The notes beneath the pieces are model-generated. The model had not been told where the DNA came from and did not search any database. It saw only the letters and a list, made by a program, of their open reading frames with translations. From the IMG/VR virus record IMGVR_UViG_2713896781_000019: a stretch of 4,820 bases of DNA, one strand, 5' to 3'. A program made the position numbers and the translations under genes. Below, piece by piece: positions 1 to 4,820 of this stretch (position 1 is its first letter; the number at the start of each line of letters is the position of its first letter). The DNA is from a virus. Lineage: Duplodnaviria > Heunggongvirae > Uroviricota > Caudoviricetes.

Positions 1-62
1 ACGATGATCTGGCAGCCTGAGTTCACAGATAAAACACTCTCCAGGAAAACCGGGGCGGTTCA
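1..62 (+). mobile_element. Right terminus of an IS3-family insertion sequence (IS629/IS1203-like), partial; the element continues beyond the window start
   Basis: Reverse complement of 38..62 reads TGAACCGCCCCGGTTTTCCTGGAGA, matching my recollection of the IS629 terminal inverted repeat (TG...CA ends typical of the IS3 family). Similarity to lambda O ends abruptly at position 63. Not verified by search. Confidence 0.7.
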
Positions 63-66
63 CTAA
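1..66 (+). CDS. C-terminal fragment of an IS3-family transposase (OrfB), 5' partial
   Basis: Frame 1 reads TMIWQPEFTDKTLSRKTGAVH then stop TAA at 64..66, running into the terminal inverted repeat as is common for IS3-family orfB. Assignment is from memory of IS629-like transposase C-termini. Confidence 0.45.
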   Translation, partial: TMIWQPEFTDKTLSRKTGAVH

Positions 67-289
67 GTTGAGAATCGGTGATTCTGTCCATTGGTTTATT
101 CCACCCATAGGTTTTACGCAGAATGGCAAGCAGCACTTTAAACTGTCGCTTGGTCAGATCTGCGCCTGAATAAGCCTCAAGCAGCATATTTGATAGTCTG
201 GCGTAACCATCATCGAGATCTGCCACATTACGCTCCTGTCCGGCAAAGTTACCTCTGCCGAAGTTGAGTATTTTTGCTGTATTTGTCAT
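63..289 (-). pseudogene. O: Lambda-type replication initiator O, truncated after codon 77 by the IS insertion
   Basis: Minus-strand ATG at 287..289. Translation MTNTAKILNFGRGNFAGQERNVADLDDGYARLSNMLLEAYSGADLTKRQFKVLLAILRKTYGWNKPMDRITDSQLSE matches lambda O N-terminus as I recall it. The remaining 11 codons of the 88-aa track ORF are read from IS DNA. The ori iterons and the P-interaction domain are absent. Confidence 0.85.
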
Positions 290-292
290 AAT
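264..292 (+). promoter_or_regulatory. pO promoter for oop RNA (-35 TTGAGT 264..269, 17-nt spacer, -10 CATAAT 287..292)
   Basis: Sigma70-like hexamers with 17-bp spacing on the plus strand, overlapping the O start codon, in the position of lambda pO. Confidence 0.5.
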
Positions 293-298
293 GACTCC

Positions 299-376
299 TG
301 TTGATAGTTCCAGTAATAACCTCAGAATTCCATCTGGATTTGTTCAGAACGCTCGGTTGCCGCCGGGCGTTTTTTA
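299..376 (+). ncRNA. oop: oop-like antisense RNA, complementary to the 3' end of cII mRNA
   Basis: About 77 nt between the pO -10 element and the to terminator, antisense to the cII 3' end, as in lambda. The 5' end is inferred, not mapped. Confidence 0.55.
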
Positions 377-615
377 TTGGTGAGAATCGAAGCAACTTGT
401 CGTGCCAATCGAGCCATGTCGTCGTCGACGACACCCCATTCAAGAACAGCAAGCAGCATTGAGAACTTTGGAATCCAATCCCTCTTCCACCTGCTGATCT
501 GCGACTTATCAACTCCCACAGCTTCCGCTGTCTTCTCAGTTCCAAGCATTGCGATTTTGTTAAGCAACGCACTCTCGATTCGTAGAGCCTCGTTGCGTTT
601 GTTTGCACGAACCAT
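322..615 (-). CDS. cII: Transcriptional activator CII (97 aa)
   Basis: Minus-strand ATG at 613..615, stop at 322..324. Translation MVRANKRNEALRIESALLNKIAMLGTEKTAEAVGVDKSQISRWKRDWIPKFSMLLAVLEWGVVDDDMARLARQVASILTNKKRPAATERSEQIQMEF is essentially lambda CII. The 117-aa track ORF is an upstream in-frame extension. Confidence 0.93.
   Translation of the reverse strand: MVRANKRNEALRIESALLNKIAMLGTEKTAEAVGVDKSQISRWKRDWIPKFSMLLAVLEWGVVDDDMARLARQVASILTNKKRPAATERSEQIQMEF
348..376 (+). terminator. Intrinsic terminator (to of oop)
   Basis: Stem AACGCTCGG (348..356) / CCGGGCGTT (363..371) with one mismatch, loop TTGCCG, followed by a T-run at 372..376. Confidence 0.7.
593..606 (+). promoter_or_regulatory. 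CII-binding site of pRE (TTGC-N6-TTGC flanking the -35 region), directing antisense-cro/cI establishment transcription
   Basis: TTGCGTTTGTTTGC on the plus strand, overlapping the first cII codons on the opposite strand, as in lambda pRE. Confidence 0.65.
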
Positions 616-694
616 ATGTAAGTATTTCCTTAGATAACAATTGATTGAATGTATGCAAATAAATGCATACACCATAGGTGTGGTTTATTTTGAT

Positions 695-726
695 GCCCTT
701 TTTCAGGGCTGGGATGTGTAAGAGCG
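695..726 (-). promoter_or_regulatory. nutR N-utilisation site (boxB 695..709, boxA 718..726)
   Basis: Minus strand reads boxA CGCTCTTAC and boxB hairpin GCCCTGAAAAAGGGC, the lambda nutR motifs, between cro and cII. The tR1/rut region would lie at about 616..694. Confidence 0.85.
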
Positions 727-734
727 GGAATGTC

Positions 735-2087
<1,353 letters not shown>

Positions 2088-2137
2088 TCCCCACCTCAAT
2101 CTCGATAACAAAAAAACAAACTATTTTCCGTTTAAAA

Positions 2138-2206
2138 ACAATGGAGTTTGTTTTTCACGTCCCTTTTTTACAATATTTCTTGTTTACAACATACAATCTT
2201 CCTTGT
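2138..2206. promoter_or_regulatory. Left operator OL3 (2138..2151), OL2 (2170..2183), OL1 (2193..2206)
   Basis: ACAATGGAGTTTGT, ACAATATTTCTTGT, ACAATCTTCCTTGT: three more 14-bp ACAA-N6-TTGT sites matching the 434 operator family. Confidence 0.85.
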
Positions 2207-2219
2207 AATTTTAAGCCAT
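2183..2219 (+). promoter_or_regulatory. pL early leftward promoter (-35 TTTACA 2183..2188, -10 TAATTT 2206..2211, start near 2218)
   Basis: Sigma70-like hexamers with 17-bp spacing overlapping OL1/OL2. The downstream leader ATCAGCAGGACGCACTGACCACC matches the lambda pL transcript start region from memory. Confidence 0.55.
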
Positions 2220-2251
2220 CAGCAGGACGCACTGACCACCATTGAAGGTGA

Positions 2252-2282
2252 GGCTCTTAAAAATTAAGCCCTGAAGAAGGGC
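2252..2282 (+). promoter_or_regulatory. nutL N-utilisation site (boxA-like GGCTCTTAA 2252..2260, boxB GCCCTGAAGAAGGGC 2268..2282)
   Basis: The boxB hairpin is identical to lambda nutL boxB. The boxA-like nonamer differs at its first base from CGCTCTTAA as I recall it. Confidence 0.85.
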
Positions 2283-2439
2283 AGCATTCAAAGCAGAAGG
2301 CTTTGGTGTGTGTGATACGAAACGAAGCATTGGCCGGAAGTGCGAATCCGGATTAGCTGCCAATGTGCCATTGCGGGGTGTTTTCGTTCAGGACTACGAC
2401 TCCCACACACAACCAAAGCTAACTGACAGGAGAATCCAG

Positions 2440-2763
2440 ATGGATGCACAAACACGCCGCCGCGAACGTCGCGCAGAGAAACAGGCTCAATGGAAAGCAG
2501 CAAATCCCCTGTTGGTTGGGGTAAGCGCTAAACCAGTTAACCGCCCTATTCTCTCGCTGAATCGCAAACCGAAATCACGAGTAGAAAGCGCACTGAATCC
2601 GATAGACCTTACGGTGCTGGCTGAATACCACGAACAGATTGAAAGCAACCTGCAACGTATTGAGCGCAAGAATCATCGAGTTTGGTATAGCAAGCCAGGT
2701 GAGTTCGGTATAACTTGTCAAGGAAGACAAAAGGTTAAAGGGGAATCCATTCCATTGGCATGA
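2440..2763 (+). CDS. N: Antitermination protein N (107 aa), lambda type with substitutions in the C-terminal half
   Basis: Translation MDAQTRRRERRAEKQAQWKAANPLLVGVSAKPVNRPILSLNRKPKSRVESALNPIDLTVLAEYHEQIESNLQRIERKNHRVWYSKPGEFGITCQGRQKVKGESIPLA. The arginine-rich boxB-binding motif is identical to lambda N as recalled. The track ORF start at 2308 is an in-frame upstream extension across nutL. Confidence 0.92.
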   Translation: MDAQTRRRERRAEKQAQWKAANPLLVGVSAKPVNRPILSLNRKPKSRVESALNPIDLTVLAEYHEQIESNLQRIERKNHRVWYSKPGEFGITCQGRQKVKGESIPLA

Positions 2764-2771
2764 GGTACGTA

Positions 2772-3641
2772 ATGAAGAAGATTGATTACAAGTCCATACC
2801 AAAACCAATAGACTCAGCATCAGAGCGAAAAAAACACAAAAAAGAGGCTGAAAAATTAGCAAATTATATCAGTTTTATTAGAAACAATGCTCACGGCGAT
2901 GGCGACAAGAAGTTGCTTTCAGATGCTCGGACCCAAGCGTTCGGTATACTTCGTAAGCAGATGCAATATCGTCTTCATCCTGGCTACATAATTGAAATTC
3001 GCCCTACTGAAAGACAATTGTTCTTATTAAACTCTGTCTTTGACTTTGTAAACGTAGTTGGAGATCTTATCGACAGGTCTGTAGATAAGGATCCTGATAC
3101 AAATAGTTTTCTTCTAACAAATAAAGAATACTTATATGGTAAATTCGGTATAAACGGATGGCAAAAATATGTACGCTTCTTACGTGCATTCGTTGATGCG
3201 TATAAAAATTCCGACATGATTTATACATATTTGCCTGGTGGTGATAATTGTACGCTTTCGGCAGACAATAGAATATTCATACCTGTACTTGGTCTTGGGC
3301 TGATTAATGCAGTAAATGAAAAAGATGTTATAATTGTTAAGCAGTGGCGAAAATATGAGGGATATAGATATCTGCCATGCTTTGATATATTAAAAATACA
3401 GAATAAATTCTATGTAAAAATTAAATATAAAGAAGATATTTTCTTCCTCAGAAAAAACAAAGATCTTTTACAAGAACTTTCTGGTACAATAGATGTCATC
3501 TTAGGTTCTAGGTTTATAAAAGAACTGAAAGAAAGCAGGTCTTTCTCTCGTGTAGAGATAAGCGAGTCAGAGTTATGGGGTATATCAAATAATCCTGTAA
3601 ACCACGCTCACCAACGAAACCCAAACAAAAAGTGGTCATAA
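2772..3641 (+). CDS. Hypothetical protein (289 aa from ATG 2772, or 293 aa from ATG 2760), strongly AT-rich, no recognisable domain; candidate accessory (moron) gene
   Basis: Long ORF with GAGG Shine-Dalgarno at 2763..2766 overlapping the N stop codon, ATG at 2772; the alternative ATG at 2760 overlaps the N stop as ATGA. GC is about 22-35% in sampled 60-nt lines versus about 50% in flanking phage DNA. The protein is Lys/Ile/Asn/Tyr/Phe-rich with no transmembrane segment, Walker A, HExxH or other motif I can recognise. Confidence 0.75.
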   Translation: MKKIDYKSIPKPIDSASERKKHKKEAEKLANYISFIRNNAHGDGDKKLLSDARTQAFGILRKQMQYRLHPGYIIEIRPTERQLFLLNSVFDFVNVVGDLIDRSVDKDPDTNSFLLTNKEYLYGKFGINGWQKYVRFLRAFVDAYKNSDMIYTYLPGGDNCTLSADNRIFIPVLGLGLINAVNEKDVIIVKQWRKYEGYRYLPCFDILKIQNKFYVKIKYKEDIFFLRKNKDLLQELSGTIDVILGSRFIKELKESRSFSRVEISESELWGISNNPVNHAHQRNPNKKWS

Positions 3642-3642
3642 C

Positions 3643-3664
3643 CCGCTCAGGCGGATTTCATTTT
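3643..3664 (+). terminator. Possible weak intrinsic terminator just after the AT-rich gene
   Basis: Short GC stem CCGC/GCGG with 4-nt loop followed by ATTTCATTTT. The stem is only 4 bp. Confidence 0.3.
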
Positions 3665-3693
3665 CACGCAAACAACAGAATAAACACAGCGCT

Positions 3694-3721
3694 GTGTATT
3701 CATTCCAACGAGTGAATACAC
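3694..3721. repeat. Perfect 9-bp inverted repeat GTGTATTCA-N10-TGAATACAC
   Basis: Arms at 3694..3702 and 3713..3721 are exact reverse complements, with no following T-run. Candidate protein-binding palindrome or RNA stem-loop. Confidence 0.6.
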
Positions 3722-3783
3722 GGAGCAATGTCGCTCGTAACTAAACAGGAGCCGACTTGTTCTGATTATTGGAAATCTTCTTT

Positions 3784-3809
3784 GCCCTCCAAGATGAGGG
3801 CGATTTTTT
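3784..3809 (+). terminator. Intrinsic terminator (GCCCTC-loop-GAGGGC plus T6)
   Basis: 6-bp GC-rich stem (3784..3789 / 3796..3801), 6-nt loop, then GATTTTTTAT. Lies about 20 nt upstream of the next ORF's ribosome-binding site, positionally like a tL1-type terminator readable by N-modified polymerase. Confidence 0.65.
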
Positions 3810-3829
3810 ATCTGTGAGGATATGAACAG

Positions 3830-4057
3830 ATGTCAAACATCAAAAAATACATCATTGATTACGACTGGAAAGCATCAATAGAAATTGAAATCGACCATGA
3901 CGTAATGACAGAGGAAAAACTTCACCAGATTAATAATTTCTGGTCAGACTCTGAATACCGACTCAATAAACACGGCTCTGTATTAAATGCTGTATTAATC
4001 ATGCTGGCGCAACATGCTCTGCTTATAGCAATTTCAAGCGACTTAAATGCATGGTAA
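3830..4057 (+). pseudogene. Hypothetical gene interrupted by IS1; only the N-terminal 74 codons are native, the last sense codon and the stop are supplied by IS1
   Basis: ATG at 3830 preceded by GAGGA (3816..3820). The ORF runs straight into the IS1 inverted repeat, which begins at 4053; TAA at 4055..4057 lies inside IS1. Low GC (about 36%). No recognisable homology. Confidence 0.55.
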
Positions 4058-4067
4058 TGACTCCAAC

Positions 4068-4571
4068 TTATTGATAGTGTTTTATGTTCAGATAATGCCC
4101 GATGACTTTGTCATGCAGCTCCACCGATTTTGAGAACGACAGCGACTTCCGTCCCAGCCGTGCCAGGTGCTGCCTCAGATTCAGGTTATGCCGCTCAATT
4201 CGCTGCGTATATCGCTTGCTGATTACGTGCAGCTTTCCCTTCAGGCGGGATTCATACAGCGGCCAGCCATCCGTCATCCATATCACCACGTCAAAGGGTG
4301 ACAGCAGGCTCATAAGACGCCCCAGCGTCGCCATAGTGCGTTCACCGAATACGTGCGCAACAACCATCTTCCGGAGCCTGTCATACGCGTAAAACAGCCA
4401 GCGCTGGCGCGATTTAGCCCCGACATAGCCCCACTGTTCGTCCATTTCCGCGCAGACGATGACGTCACTGCCCTGCTGTATGCGCGAGGTTACCGACTGC
4501 GGCCTGAGTTTTTTAAATGGCGGAAAATCGTGTTGAGGCCAACGCCCATAATGCGGGCGGTTGCCCGGCAT
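4068..4571 (-). CDS. insB: IS1 InsB reading frame (expressed as InsAB' transposase by -1 frameshift)
   Basis: 167-aa ORF with ...[21 protein letters not shown]...[15 protein letters not shown]..., typical IS1 InsB. It overlaps the insA 3' end in the -1 frame, with the slippery run TTTAAAAAAC on the minus strand. Confidence 0.88.
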   Translation of the reverse strand: MPGNRPHYGRWPQHDFPPFKKLRPQSVTSRIQQGSDVIVCAEMDEQWGYVGAKSRQRWLFYAYDRLRKMVVAHVFGERTMATLGRLMSLLSPFDVVIWMTDGWPLYESRLKGKLHVISKRYTQRIERHNLNLRQHLARLGRKSLSFSKSVELHDKVIGHYLNIKHYQ

Positions 4572-4765
4572 CCAACGCCATTCATGGCCATATCAATGAT
4601 TTTCTGGTGCGTACCGGGTTGAGAAGCGGTGTAAGTGAACTGCAGTTGCCATGTTTTACGGCAGTGAGAGCAGAGATAGCGCTGATGTCCGGCAGTGCTT
4701 TTGCCGTTACGCACCACCCCGTCAGTAGCTGAACAGGAGGGACAGCTGATAGAAACAGAAGCCAC
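4490..4765 (-). CDS. insA: IS1 InsA (91 aa)
   Basis: Translation [91 protein letters not shown], with zinc-finger and HTH regions typical of IS1 InsA; GTG start. Confidence 0.92.
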   Translation of the reverse strand: MASVSISCPSCSATDGVVRNGKSTAGHQRYLCSHCRKTWQLQFTYTASQPGTHQKIIDMAMNGVGCRATARIMGVGLNTIFRHLKNSGRSR

Positions 4766-4820
4766 TGGAGCACCTCAAAAACACCATCATACACTAAATC
4801 AGTAAGTTGGCAGCATCACC

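Larger units (their letters stand above)
4053..4820 (-). mobile_element. Complete IS1 element (768 bp)
   Basis: Terminal inverted repeats GGTAATGACTCCAACTTATTGAT (4053..4075) and, on the minus strand, GGTGATGCTGCCAACTTACTGAT (4798..4820). Contains insA and insB with the A6C frameshift motif at about 4505..4517. The element ends exactly at the window end. Confidence 0.97.

Noticed and set aside
23-62. C-terminal 11 residues (PPRFSWRVFYL) of the 88-aa minus-strand track ORF as a genuine O C-terminus
   Set aside because: This part is read from the IS terminal inverted repeat. O similarity stops at position 63, so the ORF is an IS-truncated O fragment, not a short O variant.
2288-2862. Track ORFs 2288..2503 (-), 2487..2669 (-), 2575..2862 (-) and the 2308..2439 upstream extension of N
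   Set aside because: Antisense or overlapping frames across nutL and N. N starts at the conserved MDAQTRRRERR at 2440; the upstream extension would read through nutL.
2984-3217. 77-aa minus-strand ORF inside the AT-rich gene
   Set aside because: Antisense shadow within a long, well-supported plus-strand ORF. AT-rich DNA has few GC-rich stop codons on the antisense strand, so such ORFs arise by chance.
3728-3814. Small 28-codon ORF (MSLVTKQEPTCSDYWKSSLPSKMRAIFYL) in the intergenic region
   Set aside because: GGAG lies only 2 nt from the ATG, and the ORF spans the terminator hairpin and T-run, so it is more likely structural RNA/terminator sequence than coding. It cannot be fully excluded as a micropeptide.
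4102-4794. Track ORFs 4102..4392 (+), 4353..4622 (+), 4517..4732 (+) and 4582..4794 (-) within IS1
   Set aside because: Antisense or alternative-frame ORFs inside IS1. The established IS1 genes are insA and insB on the minus strand.

Overview
This window is a defective lambdoid prophage remnant bounded by two insertion sequences, shown reverse-complemented relative to the conventional lambda map. All identifications rest on reading the sequence and recalling published lambda, 434 and IS sequences; no database search was run. Left to right: the right terminus of an IS3-family (IS629-like) element (1..62) truncating replication gene O after codon 77; oop/pO; cII; pRE; nutR; a 434-type immunity region (cro, OR1-3, cI); a signal-peptide protein gene overlapping the cI stop codon; OL1-3, pL and nutL; N; a strongly AT-rich 289/293-aa gene of unknown function coupled to N; an intergenic region with a perfect inverted repeat and an intrinsic terminator; a 75-codon ORF cut by a complete 768-bp IS1 that ends exactly at the window end. 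The most interesting region is the low-GC cargo downstream of N (2772..4052), which has no lambda counterpart I recognise and is a candidate novel early-expressed host-modulation, anti-defence or abortive-infection module, now partly disrupted by IS1. No tRNA, rRNA or CRISPR array was seen.
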